Assembly (NCBI GenBank): GCA_030704615.1
Contig: CM060733.1
Location: 38,378,001-38,442,000 of the forward strand
Origin: Takakia lepidozioides
Lineage: Eukaryota > Plantae > Bryophyta
DNA length: 64,000 bases
Direction of reading: 5' to 3'
Of the stretch, positions 12,101 through 23,480 are shown in pieces. The translations under genes were made by a program, and so were the position numbers. The notes under the pieces are model-generated. The model saw only the letters and a list, made by a program, of their open reading frames with translations. It was not told where the DNA came from and ran no database searches. Every line of letters starts with the position of its first letter. Position 1 is the first letter of the stretch.

Positions 12101-15100
12101 CTGAATTTCTTTCTTTCCTGGCACATCCCCTCTTGTTCTGCCCAAACTGGGCACCAGGTCTATGGCCACAAGGCTATGGCAAAGAATGTCTTATGAGTAC
12201 ATTTCTTGGCACATCTCTCTAATTCATTGAGCAAATTACCACCTGAATGGGGAAAGTGAGCCGTAGGAGAGTTTTCATAAAATACAAGCGGGTGTCCATG
12301 TAGAACACATCCAGAGGTAAACCCATTACCAACGGCAACAACAAGTAAAGGAGAACCTGCACCATGCAATTTACAAAGTCCATATGCTTAGAATAAAGAA
12401 ATTGATGAAAAAGAAAAACTATCATTCTGTTTTTAATGCAGGAAAATATCCAGGACCCAGGAAACACCAGAAAATGAAAAATGCAGATACCCATCAAAGC
12501 AAATGTCCCTCATAACCACAACGAAGTTGCATAAAGCACTGACGTCACCACTGGCCAAGAGCCTAGTCCCATGAGAGCATCAGCTAGTGGACAAGATAAG
12601 CAACTGAAACATGACACTCACATTGCTAGCTAATCAGAAAAGAGAGGCCGGCCACAACTTCTAACTCCAGGATATCTGCAATGTCAAGAGGGTAAATGTC
12701 CTTTCTATAACCCTCTAAAAACATTCGTGATTAGCAGGCTATACAGTGGTTGAGACATCGCACTTACTGGCTGTGAGGCTGCATAAGACACTTTACCATG
12801 TGAGTAAAGGTAAAGATACGCAGTCATGCTTGTAAGGACAGCAACTGTCATCCACGACGCGACCTGCAGAAAAGGGCTTCCCATATACAATGAGAAACAA
12901 GGCAGGACATGACATCTAGGAGCCTTACTTCATAAGCACATCTACTGAAAATTGGCCAATACATCACATAACTAGGACAACAGAAGTAGCACCGTAATTG
13001 ACTGCCAGGTGATACTGAAAACAATACGTGGAACATACATAGATAGATAACAAGGAAATGGTGATGTTCTGAAGGTTACAGCAAGAAAGTGAAAATATTG
13101 CAGTAAAGTTTGAGACTGCTATGCCATGCAATGCTCTGTGAATTCCAAGTATGTGGGCAAGGGGGAAGGTGGGGAAGAGATTACCTTCCATAGCTCACGG
13201 TGGGTGAGGTGATTGTGATCTAACTCAAACACCTTTGCATAATTCAGTCGCGAATGCAGAAACACGTAGACATTTATGCCCCATAGCCACACCATCGTTG
13301 ACTGCACCAATAGAAAGACCCGTGTTTGATGGGAATCTGAAGCAACCCTGATAGGAATATATGCAAAATTAAATTTATTTAAACTGTTTTACGGACCACC
13401 GTACATCAATGGGGAGAAAATGATTTTATAAAATTCTTCAATGGGCACTTCCATTCTAAAAGTTAGGCAGAGGCCCTTGCAATTGGTGCACATCCCCCTT
13501 TTGGGCCCCTGTGGATATTATCAAGTTTCTTTCTTCTCTCTCTTTCTCTGTTCTCTGTAGGATTGAGATCGACGCATTGAGACAGGGAGCTGGACTAGAA
13601 CACCTCTTGAGGCTAGAACTTGGCCACTATTTACACCCAGGAAGCAGAGCACTGCCTCTTTAGCACTGTCTCTTTAGCACTGTCTCGTTATTAGACCTGC
13701 CTTGGAGTACGGATCTGCTATATGGGTTGATAACTCCAACCAGGCTAAGTCTCTAGAATCCATTCAAGTGGGGGTGCTTAAGGAGTGTATGTCAGCATGC
13801 TCCAAAACAGCCAATGTGGCTGTTCGGGGTGAGTTTGGCATTCCGTCCTTAAGCTCCCGACGAGATGAATTCAAGGTCAGATGGTGGGGTCAGCTGCAAC
13901 ATATGCCCAACACCAGATATCCTAAATTAATCGACTCTATATCTTGGAAACGGGACCGCCCTGCTCTAAGTCCTGGCAGAAGAGAGTAGAAGAGATCCTC
14001 AAGGACCTGGACCTGGATCCGCAAGTCTTGACCCTGCTGGATAAATCTGACTTAGAGGCTGTAGTGTCCTCAGCCATGTCTGTTGCCATGAGATTGTCTG
14101 ATGAAAATGAAGTTAGGCAGAAAACTTCCCTGAACTTGTTTCCAGTCTGTGACATGGGGGAGGACATCTTGGATGACCTCAAGGGTCTACCCACTCTCGG
14201 CACTAGACTGAAATTTAAACTCAGGGCAGGAAGCCTACCTTTGAACAGCAAACAGAAGCAGAGAGGAAAGGGAGAGTGCAATTGCCCGTTGTGTGGGCAA
14301 TCTGAAGACAGTATTCATTTTCTGATACACTGTCCGGGGTTCTCTCACCAAAGAGACGCTCTCTTCAAATCTATTAAGGGAATTGTGCCTGTACCCCTGT
14401 TTACCAACTTTGAAAGTCTCGAGGCTGAGCCAAAAGCCCAGGCCCTCCTGAGGCCTAGTTTTTGGGCAAATCACACACAGCAGATTGATGCTTGTGTGAA
14501 GGGATTTCTAGAGGATATCTGGAAAACCCGGATTAATTCTTTATATGGAGGTAAGTCTTACTACCAACGTCAGCCCCTGACAGAGGTAGGGTCTGTCCCT
14601 TTTGTTCCCGCTCAAACTGGGCGCGGGGTCAATGGCCACAAGGCTACGGCAAACAATGTCTTATGAGTACAATCTTTAGCACTGTCTCTTTAGACACTGC
14701 CATTGCAGAGGGCCTTAAGCCTTGAGGACCAGAAGTGCTTGGGAGTATATTTGGTGGATGAGTGACATTTGAAGTCCTTTTACATGCTTGTCTTGGTGTT
14801 CTACATCGGATGGGCCCTCTGGGGGCCCCTGTGGATATTATCTCTTTCCCTCTCCAGGCACTGGATGGATGTTATAACTTCCTATTTTCTTTCGCTTCTG
14901 TGTCCCATAGGCTTCTGGGCCGTAGTCAGTTTCTTTCCCCTTCTCTGTCATCCTCCTGTATGGGACTATGACCACACTCCTCTGGTGAGCAAACCTCTAT
15001 TGTGTACATCTTTCTACCTCACCAATAAGCAACAAAATGCTCACTTTGTAAACACTACTGGTCTTGAATTCAGACCTATTAATCACCTGAATTGGAGACC

Positions 15101-17931
15101 GGTCAGGGATGTTTATCTGACTAGGTACGCAAGGCGTTCAGATGTATCCGGAAAGAACCAAGCAGTAAGACACCCCCATCACTGTAATTGGCTGTTAGAA
15201 AGCACTCACCTCTAGGAGGCTGTAGCTCTATTCAGACACATCACAGAGGCACCACTCACAGTTGTTTTGACTTTCTACAGACAAAAATTGAAGGTAACAA
15301 AAGAAAAGACTGCATACTGACCACCAGGAATAATGGATTATAGTATAGAAACACTTCATAGAAGAACTTGTCGCGAGTGCTGACGTTCATTTGTAACATG
15401 GACTCGTGCACTACCTGTAGCCCAACATCCCAGCATCCAAAATTTGCAAGAACTGAAGTAAGGGCTAACTTAATACTGAGCACAGCTTGGCAAAAAGCTG
15501 TGGAAAGTTGATTTCTGCTGAAATCTTGTGGTGGGCCAACTTCCACTTCCATATTCAACAAACAAACCCTAACAGTTGAACTTTGATCCCAGCTGGTTTT
15601 AGAATTGAACTACTCCGTGAATGCATTGGTCCATAAGGTGACAATGGGTTGTCCAGTAGGCATTTGCATGACTTCAGATATGGACATGGTTTGAAAAACC
15701 GATAGCAATGAATACAAACATTGTTATAACCATCTTACATACTGTAAATCAACCATAGTTTTTGCATACATTAAAAAGGATATGCCTCACTGGATTGCAC
15801 TTGCACCCAGCGGCCCAGCCTGTCAAATTCATGTTAATCCAACTCAAATCCTTGTCTTGTTTCACAGTAGCGCTTAAATTTCGCACAAATTGCAATGGTT
15901 CTATTTCCAAACCGGAGATAAATATGAGCAGTACCTTGCAGCAGAAGAACACCCAAACAGCAAAGACAAGCACCTGCATGCTCCATCCTCCTCAAAACCA
16001 GGCTCAGGAGTGCAAGTCCATAGTTACAATCCATACTGTTTAGGGAAATGGCAATACCATGCATACAGTCTACATGGCAGCAAGAAAAGAGCACAACCAC
16101 AGCCTGCGCCTGTACAGGCAAAAGAGATGGAACAAGGTGGCAATCAAATAGCAGATTGCTTCACGAAGGGATTGCAAACGGTCCTCTGGATCTCAGGCCA
16201 CTTCTCATCAGTGACTAGGTCAGAATCTGAAGATGAGACTAGGGGCCAATCACCCAAAGAGCCATCACGATTCTGGTGTTGCTGGACCACCAGGACACAA
16301 AAGGACAGAAGGAGATGCAAGTCGATTGATTCCCTCCACCCCTTTTTGTCTTAAAGCTCTGTTTTTAGGGGTTCTTTGTCCCAGGCAGGTACCTTTAACT
16401 CTGAGGACCTGAAGTGCTTAGCAGCTTAACCATACGAGGCACTTGTCTTTGTGCAAAGTTTGGGGTTTGTATTGTTGTTTTGGTTTCTTTGTTTCGAAGT
16501 CCCATGGACTTTGCCTCCTGTGGGCATACTTAATGCCTCTTTGCGCTTTTGATGAATAGTATAGAGTTCCTTCCTTTCTTTATCTATGTCTCTGTCCTGC
16601 CCCCTTGGGCTTCCTAAAGTTCCTTCCCCTGTCTTTCTTCTGTCTTTGTGCCACCAAAGAATTTAGGAGCCAGTAGAGTTGGCATCAAACACAGTGGTTC
16701 CCATTATATGCTCATCCAGTAGATTTAATTTCAGCCTTCATACCATTGTGAGTTTACCGTCCAACAGATGAGATAATATGGATGCCCTAACCCCCACCAT
16801 ACATAACCCATCCCAGGTATATAATTGTAACTCTCATAAACAACAGTGTCCCAGTTGGAAGATTGAAGCTAACTCTAGCTGGGCCGCAGCACAAGTATAC
16901 CATTTGAGCAGCATCAATTAGCATACGCGTGATACACACCTGAATTCCCCATTGGGATGCAGTGGTCACCTTCATCGGGACCAACTCTGTGGCCGCCACA
17001 CCTGAACCACTCTTCTCCTTGTTAGACCCTCCTTCCCATTCTGCAGAATAAACACAGATAATGAGCCTTTCAAGAAAACTGAGAGTTAAGTGACAATGCT
17101 CGCAGACTATAGAACAACATCAAAAGACCCAAGCTGCGAAAGGCAAGTAAGGACGGGAAAGAATGTAGTTGTCTGTAGTATGATCTACCTGTCCCCATAG
17201 GATACCAACCCTCCTGGAGCTGGTTGTGGGCTTTCAGCACATCAGAGTATATGAGGCTGAACCCAACAACTACATCATTGGAATAAGCACTAGGTTGACC
17301 CCAGCAGTGCTGCTCTAGATTGAACTAGACATGGAGTACGGGAGTGAGGGGTTTACATGTCTGTAGGAAGCCCAAGGGACACCCGGAGAACTCAAAAAGA
17401 AAAGAAAACAGTAGGAGACAGGTAGACCAAAAGAACGTAGCGGAAGTGAGTGTGGTGTAAGGAAGGCTCCTAACAGGCATTTTTGTAGATCCAAGAGAGA
17501 AGCCCAGAAAACCACTGGGATGCTATTTTTTGTTCAGTGCATTCTCCTGGAAGTGCTTGGAGGTGAGTGGGCTATCATTATTCTCTCCAAAAGGCTGGTA
17601 ATTCAGTTGCAAATGGGAGAGCTGGGTTGTGAGAGAGGTTCCGCAGAAATGCCTCAAAATCAGCACACAAGAGGTGAATAACACCAATTCAGACCAAACA
17701 CACCAAAATCTGCAGCATAATCTGCTGGACTTTGCAATGCCTAATTCCAACACCTCGGCAAGAGAAACTCACCAGGTTCCAGGATGAAAGTCCTGCGTCC
17801 TGCCCACCGCAGTAGAGGACTATTTAGAGATGCACCCAAGGGAGGAGGAGATGTTGGGTGCCTCACTGGACGAAACAGAGGAGAGAGAGACTTGGGTGGT
17901 GAGGGCAGTACTTGCCGCAGTAATCCATCCT
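6122..17931 (-). CDS. EXS (ERD1/XPR1/SYG1) family membrane protein lacking an SPX domain; start codon unresolved, 5'UTR probably extends to about 18.9 kb
   Basis: Approximate exons: 17773-17931 (LNSPLLRWAGRR), 16940-17040, 15934-15972, 15323-15415 (FFYEVFLYYNPL), 13185-13301 (MVWLWGINV), 12767-12863, 12244-12356, 11693-11747 (FADFFVADILTSMAK), 10665-10712 (VLSDLERSVCR, GC donor), 9158-9308 (RFLQCLRQY), 8579-8744 (YSFYWDISRDWDL), 6992-7061, 6122-6388 (LEMFRRFQWIFFRVE, then stop). Confidence 0.92.
7355..7680 (+). mobile_element. Two adjacent degenerate 3'-end copies of the RTEX-like LINE
   Basis: 7360-7418 (aactgggcacggggtctatggtcacaaggctactgcaaacaatgtatcatgagtaca) and 7420-7680 align by eye to about 14610-14672 and 14410-14672. 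The second copy ends in a (CT)n run. Confidence 0.85.
9680..10540 (+). mobile_element. Degraded LINE ORF1 C-terminus and possible start of ORF2, in an EXS intron
   Basis: Purine-rich + strand with broken frames resembling a LINE ORF1 end (KLKD...TTEEERKV...DYIHWRLRG), followed by ITWVNA, which resembles an AP-endonuclease start. Confidence 0.4.
12134..12202 (+). mobile_element. Short 3'-end copy of the RTEX-like LINE
   Basis: caaactgggcaccaggtctatggccacaaggctatggcaaagaatgtcttatgagtaca, flanked by an imperfect TSD ttcctggcacatcccctct / ttcttggcacatctctct. Confidence 0.85.
13687..14672 (+). mobile_element. 5'-truncated RTEX-like non-LTR retrotransposon (RT thumb plus CCHC zinc finger), one frameshift
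   Basis: VIRPALEYGSAIW...KTANVAVRGEFGIPSL (RTEX-like post-RT motif), RLKFKLRAGSLPL and CPLCGQSEDSIHFLIHCP. Overlapping ORFs 13702-13989 and 13944-14666. 16-bp TSD TCTTTAGCACTGTCTC at 13671-13686 and 14673-14688. Confidence 0.88.
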
Positions 17932-18959
17932 GCTGCAACTATAGGATCTCCCCCTTGTGGAAGTGCACACCCCAGTTTGCCTCTACAACGTACAGAGGTT
18001 TGAAAGCTGATGCCAGTTGTCCAAAGATACTCCAGGTTCTACTTAATGATCTCAAAATTGACACCAGGATTTGTCCATGGACACATATTAAAGATGGTGT
18101 AAGAGACTAGATCACATATAGCTCATGCCACTTGACTGTTCTGCAGATCCATGTGGCATTTTAAACCGCCAGGGCAACCGTGCTTTTATACCAGTTTCCA
18201 GAAATTGCATGACGGAAGCATCCCTGGTATTGCAAGGGGCAATCGTTTAGGATAGGTGCAAAGTGGTCAAACGAGGGACGTTGCTCGAACGTACTGTCCG
18301 CCAAGCTGACCGCTCCAATTGCTACAGAAAAATTCTGAAAGGATCCATTGCCGCAGATTCAACACCAATTATCTCCAGTCGGACGTGCAAACTACTACGT
18401 GTAAGCCGACGTGTTTAGAACCTACGCAAGAGAGGTACAGAGAACCTTCCAGTTCGAGGAATAGATGACAGGCTCAGAGGGCAGCATGACAGGAATGCAA
18501 CGGAGAGAGTTACAGGACATTCAAGAGGCAATGAAGAGAACGGCAAGAGCTCACAAATGAACGAAAATAGTAGACCCGTAGACCACAAACGTCAACAAAG
18601 CCAGGATTCAGCCCGTGGCTGTTCCCCGTCTTCCTCTCTATGGATCTTTCCTGTAAATTGCCCCCGCACACAGCCGATGACAATGTCGTTACAGAGACGT
18701 TGCTCGAGAGTTGAATCGAAAAATCATGGCTGCATTACCCCGCTCTCTGTACCAAATTCCAGTCCGCTTCGGGATCTGCAGGTCCTCTATACCCCTCTTC
18801 ACATTGCACATTCTCAGAGATCAAAATCCCTGGATGCAGCATCCAAACAGAGATCGAAACAGACGAGCAGCTACTGAACAAACAAAGAAAAGAGCACAGC
18901 ACAACCAACGACGAGCTCACGTTCTTCCTCTACCCTTTTTCTCTTTCTCTTTTTCTTTT

Positions 18960-19075
18960 TTTCTTTCTTTTCTTTCAGAACTTTTAAAAATAAATAAATA
19001 AATAAGGAAACCTGGGAACGACTGCTCACAATTCAGGCCCTTGAGGAGGGGGAAAAATTAACCCCCTTTCATATA
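18960..19075 (-). mobile_element. LINE/SINE-type 3' end fragment, same family as 49565-49670
   Basis: Shares gggcctgaWttgtgagcWgtcgttcccagg with 49600-49632. Carries the U-rich-loop hairpin and an A-rich tail. Confidence 0.7.
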
Positions 19076-19094
19076 AGCCATTAGGCACACAGGT

Positions 19095-20264
19095 AGGGAA
19101 TTCCAAAAAGGCCTTGATGTGAAATGCATCGCAATTCACTTGATCACCCCCTAAAAGTGCGCAATTCAATTGAATTGTCGGCACACGATTCAATTGAATT
19201 GCGAATTGTGAATTGGCAATTCAATTGAATCGCTAGTTAGCAATTCAATTGAATTGCTGACTACAATTCAATTGAATTGTAATCTATAATTTTTAACTTA
19301 TTTTTGTATATATAATATAATATATATGTACATGTATATATTCAAATTATATTTATACACATATAAGAGTATAAGCTAAAAATACATGTTGCCCGTCTAT
19401 TCTTGTTGGCCCTCTTTCTTGTGCCCTTGAGGAAATTGTGGAGTTGTGAAGCCATCCTCAGTCTCAACGAGAAAGGGAGAGCCAGAGACGGAGACAGATC
19501 GGCAGCTTCCTATGATTCATGGCAAAAGAAACATGGCTGGCTCCGAGAAAAACAGACAAAATCAAACCTGACAATTGATGAAAGGCTTCCCCTGCATCAC
19601 CATGTAGTCCCCTAACACTAGTATCTGGCCCAGGACAAAGAAAACAAAAAATATGTTCATCTTGAGAATTATCAAAAATTTCGATACCCTTACAAAGGTA
19701 TCATGTTGAAGTTGGGATGTGTGTTCTATATAAGTTTAATATATCAAACTCTTACACGTTGATACTCTTACATTGGTATCATGTTTGGTATATGTACATA
19801 GCCATATATTGGCACCAACATCCACAAAGAGAGACAATCCCGCTTTTACAAGCGCTTCGTGACTTCCCCTCTCTCTCTCTCCCTCTCTCGCTCTCCCTTA
19901 GGCTTATCTTGGGCTCAAGCCTTACCATGGGCAAAGGATTGACAGACGGACAGCAAGAATAGACGGGCAACATGTATTTTTAGCTTATACTTGTGTATGT
20001 ATATATGTATAATTTAAATATATGTATATATATTATATACAGAAATAAGTTAAAAATTATAGATTACAATTCAATTGAATTGTTGACTGCAATTCAATTG
20101 AATTGCGAGTTGACAATTCAATTGAGTTGCCAATTCCCAATTCAATTGAATTGCAAATTAGGGTTAGTTCAATTGAATTGCCCTTGCAATTCAATTGAAT
20201 TGCACACTTTTAGGGGGTGATCAAGTGAATTGCATTTCACATCAAGGCCTTTTTGGAATTCCCT
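19095..20264. mobile_element. Non-autonomous foldback/MULE- or hAT-like DNA transposon with ~310-bp TIRs
   Basis: Termini AGGGAATTCCAAAAAGGCCTTGATGTGAAATGCA and its reverse complement. TIRs at about 19095-19405 and 19954-20264. Perfect 8-bp TSD ACACAGGT (19087-19094 and 20265-20272). Repeated palindrome CAATTCAATTGAATTG in both arms. Confidence 0.93.
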
Positions 20265-20439
20265 ACACAGGTGGGAAACGTCACCACCAGACCAACGAGT
20301 CACGAACAATCCACACACCGGGCAGGGCAGCGGGTTTGAACCCCGAACCACCAGGGATATTTTTTAAACTAGTTGTTTTAGTTTTTTTAGTTTTTTAAAG
20401 AAGAGGGATGGTGGCCTGTGAAGCCTGATTCCGGAGCTA

Positions 20440-20565
20440 TTATCATGTTCGCTATGGTTTCGCCCCGGGGTGGTTATTTTTTCCACCCCTGTGTAACTCC
20501 TTCTTATTTAATTTGATCAACAGGGCTTCTGTCCCTTTTCTATTAAAATAAAATAAAATACAAAA
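20440..20565 (+). mobile_element. Short L1-type LINE 3' end
   Basis: Hairpin ggggtgg-ttatttttt-ccacccc, terminal agggcttctgtccct and an A-rich tail. Same architecture as the L1 ending at 42074. Confidence 0.65.
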
Positions 20566-20863
20566 AGTAAGGGCAAACGCATTTAACAGAACCTTTTTCC
20601 ACCGTCCGATGGAAAACGAATCAACGATTGAAAGTTTTCTATATTAATAATATTGGAAAACAAATAAGGACAAACTCTTAAAATAGAATATAAAATCCGG
20701 AGAGATTATTCGATAGTTATCGGAAGGTTCGGCATGAAGGGGCAGATAGTTCACTCGATACATATTCATCCATTGAGCCCTAGGCTTTAGGGGAGCTGGG
20801 GGAGAGGAAGACGAGGGGGGAGGTTTAGGGTTTGGGGAGGCTTGGGGGTGGTGGGAAGGGGAA

Positions 20864-21061
20864 ATGGCGACAGAGGATGACAGTGCGGTGAAGGAACCCT
20901 TGGACTTGATTCGGCTCAGTCTTGATGAGCGTATCTATGTCAAACTGCGATCGGACCGGGAACTTCGGGGAAAACTCCATGTACGCCTCCTTCCTCTCCA
21001 GGAGTTCTCTAGGGTTTTATCAGTTGCACCTAATATCGGTAGATTAAAGGATCTTCTTTAT

Positions 21062-21093
<32 letters not shown>

Positions 21094-21484
21094 GATAGCA
21101 GTGGGACGATTTGTGGCAGGCTTATGACCAACATTTGAATATGATACTTGGAGATGTGGAGGAGGTGGTCACATCAGTTGAGATTGATGACGAGACGTAT
21201 GAGGAGATCGTTAGGGTAATCGCACGTCCACCCTTATCTGGTTAGGTTCCACGGCATATGAAGAAGTGGCTTTGCAGATTGTTTAGGTGATCGATTAACC
21301 TACTGGTTACACGGAGCATCTTTCTGCATTTGCATTGGTTCCAAGGTTTCGCATGCCTCTTTCATGAATAGGCAATTGAGCTGTTTCGTGTGGATGGTTG
21401 CAGACTTCAAAGAGGAACGTGTCATATTTATTTGTGCGGGGAGATGGTGTGATTTTGGTGTCTCCTCCCTTGAGGACTTCATGA
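20864..21484 (+). CDS. LSM3: Sm-like protein LSm3
   Basis: Exons 20864-20980 ([39 protein letters not shown]), 21120-21215 ([15 protein letters not shown]) and 21404-21484 ([26 protein letters not shown]). All GT-AG, phase 0. Confidence 0.97.
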
Positions 21485-23480
21485 TAAAAGAAGCACAGCC
21501 GGGATGGAATTCATCTTCATGCGCATGGTATTTATTATGGAGAAAACTCTTCGACCTGTGCAAGTTGTTATTTCCACTTCTTTAAGAAGTGGCATTGGAG
21601 GTCTCTGAAGCAGCGGTGTATGGGGGGAGGGGGAGAACAGGGAGGTAGAGAGACGAGTGTGCTAATTTGACAAGATGTGGAAATATGCCTGTATTGGGGT
21701 GGAGCCCCACATGATGAGCAGACCAGTTTGGTTACATCTCTAAGTTTAATTTGTAATCACACAAGATATGCTGCCAGTCTTCATTCACAGATGGAGGCAG
21801 ATACACATCATGCTGGTGAAACCCTGATATGGGAAATCGATAAGAAAAAGGTGTGTGTGCACTATGGAAAGCAATTGCTCCTTGCTGCTCTGGAATGGAG
21901 GCTAGAGGATCTCGTTGACAGTGGAAGGAGCTTAGAGTGAACATCAAAATAAGTCGCCAGGTATTGTCCAAGCCTCCGAGGGAAAGATCTGTGTTGGCAT
22001 GGAACCTCTCATTATGTTGTTTGATTCTCAGAAAGAAGTGGCAGTTGCTTTGGAAGAGGAGGTTTGTGTTGAAGGCGATGATTCATCCATGTTCGGCAGC
22101 TGATAGGGCTTGTGGCACTAATCTGCAAATGCAAGTACTTCCTCCGGGTTCCAAGCACACTATATTAATGGCGCTGGATGTTGCCCTGGAGACTGCCCTT
22201 GTCAACATGTATTTCCAAATGCGGCAGCATGAAATATGCACATGAATTATTTGATAACATGTGTGTGGCCTCATGGAATGTAATGATCACAGGTTTCAAT
22301 CAGCATGTGTTGCGGGCAATGGAAGGTGTGAAGAAAATGTGAAGTGGACATCACTGGTTTCAAAGTTTTGCACCCTTAAAGCAACTATTTCCCTTAAGTG
22401 GCTGGGAGCTAAGATCTCAATGTACACTTTTGACGAATATTTCTTCTGCTAACACTATGATGCACCAGACAAATGGAGATGAGCTCAAGTGTTGCCAGTC
22501 AGTTAAATTGACCGTGGGTTCAATTATGTCGGTATCAGAGGTATCAAATTCACCTCAGGATGAAGGGCGTGTACACTACAGAGGTTCTTGACATCCCAGT
22601 AATCAATCTGAGAACCAGCTTGTTGTGATGAAGTTCAAAGATGTACAGTTATGGGCATATTACCAGCCAAGAATACAACACAATTGTATTACCTAGTTTT
22701 TAGATGGAAGAGCACACGGAAATTTGCCAAAAGATAGAAGAGTGGAGTTCAAGTAAGAAGACAGAAGGTGGCATGGACAATCAGGGTGGATAGTTTCATG
22801 TGTTGAACTGTACTCATGCTTAGAGCTTACCACTCCTACACTATGAACACAATTTGTAGCAGTGAGTGCTTTTGAGTTTTTCAGCACTGGAAGTTTATAG
22901 ATGATCATACCCTCAGTTTTTTCCTGACTCACCATGAAGAGCAGCCTGGATTTGATAATTGGAGAAAGATTTATAAAAGGTTCCTGTAGATCGAATAGGG
23001 GCGTTGAAAGTGACCTCATCAGTAAGCTACTGTAGGATCAATCTGCACAAAAGAATTAGCTGCAATACATACTTACCTACGAACTTCGAAAGCATCCCGA
23101 GTCCTGATACAATTCTCTTGGAAATGTCGCTTGTCATCTTGTGCTCGGAAAGAATTCCATTGCCATATATTGTCAGCAGACCCTTTAAGTTAACCTTCCC
23201 ACATCATCTCCGACACACTATGTAACACCACTTTCTTGCCTTCATTTTGCTCTCCTGAGTCCTGACTGTCTGTGAGAGAAGTCTCCGTAACAAATCAGGT
23301 TGCTGGTTTGGAAGAAAAAGGAGTTCTGTTGAAGCATATTTTTCCTTCCATACCCTGAACCTAAATCAGGGTTCGTGGGACAAGTTCTCTTTCCACCCCC
23401 TCAGCGTACTCGGCCATCGCCGCTTTGGGTCTGCATTTGTGATTCTTGATTGTGGTTGGAAAGGGAAGGTTTCTTGAGCC

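Noticed and set aside
19160-20205. CRISPR-like array of palindromic repeats
   Set aside because: Eukaryotic context, very short irregular spacers, and the repeats are mirrored in the TIR arms of a transposon.
20467-21484. Functional link between the Sm-site-like loop and the neighbouring LSm3 gene
   Set aside because: The hairpin occurs throughout the window in LINE ends, so proximity is coincidental.
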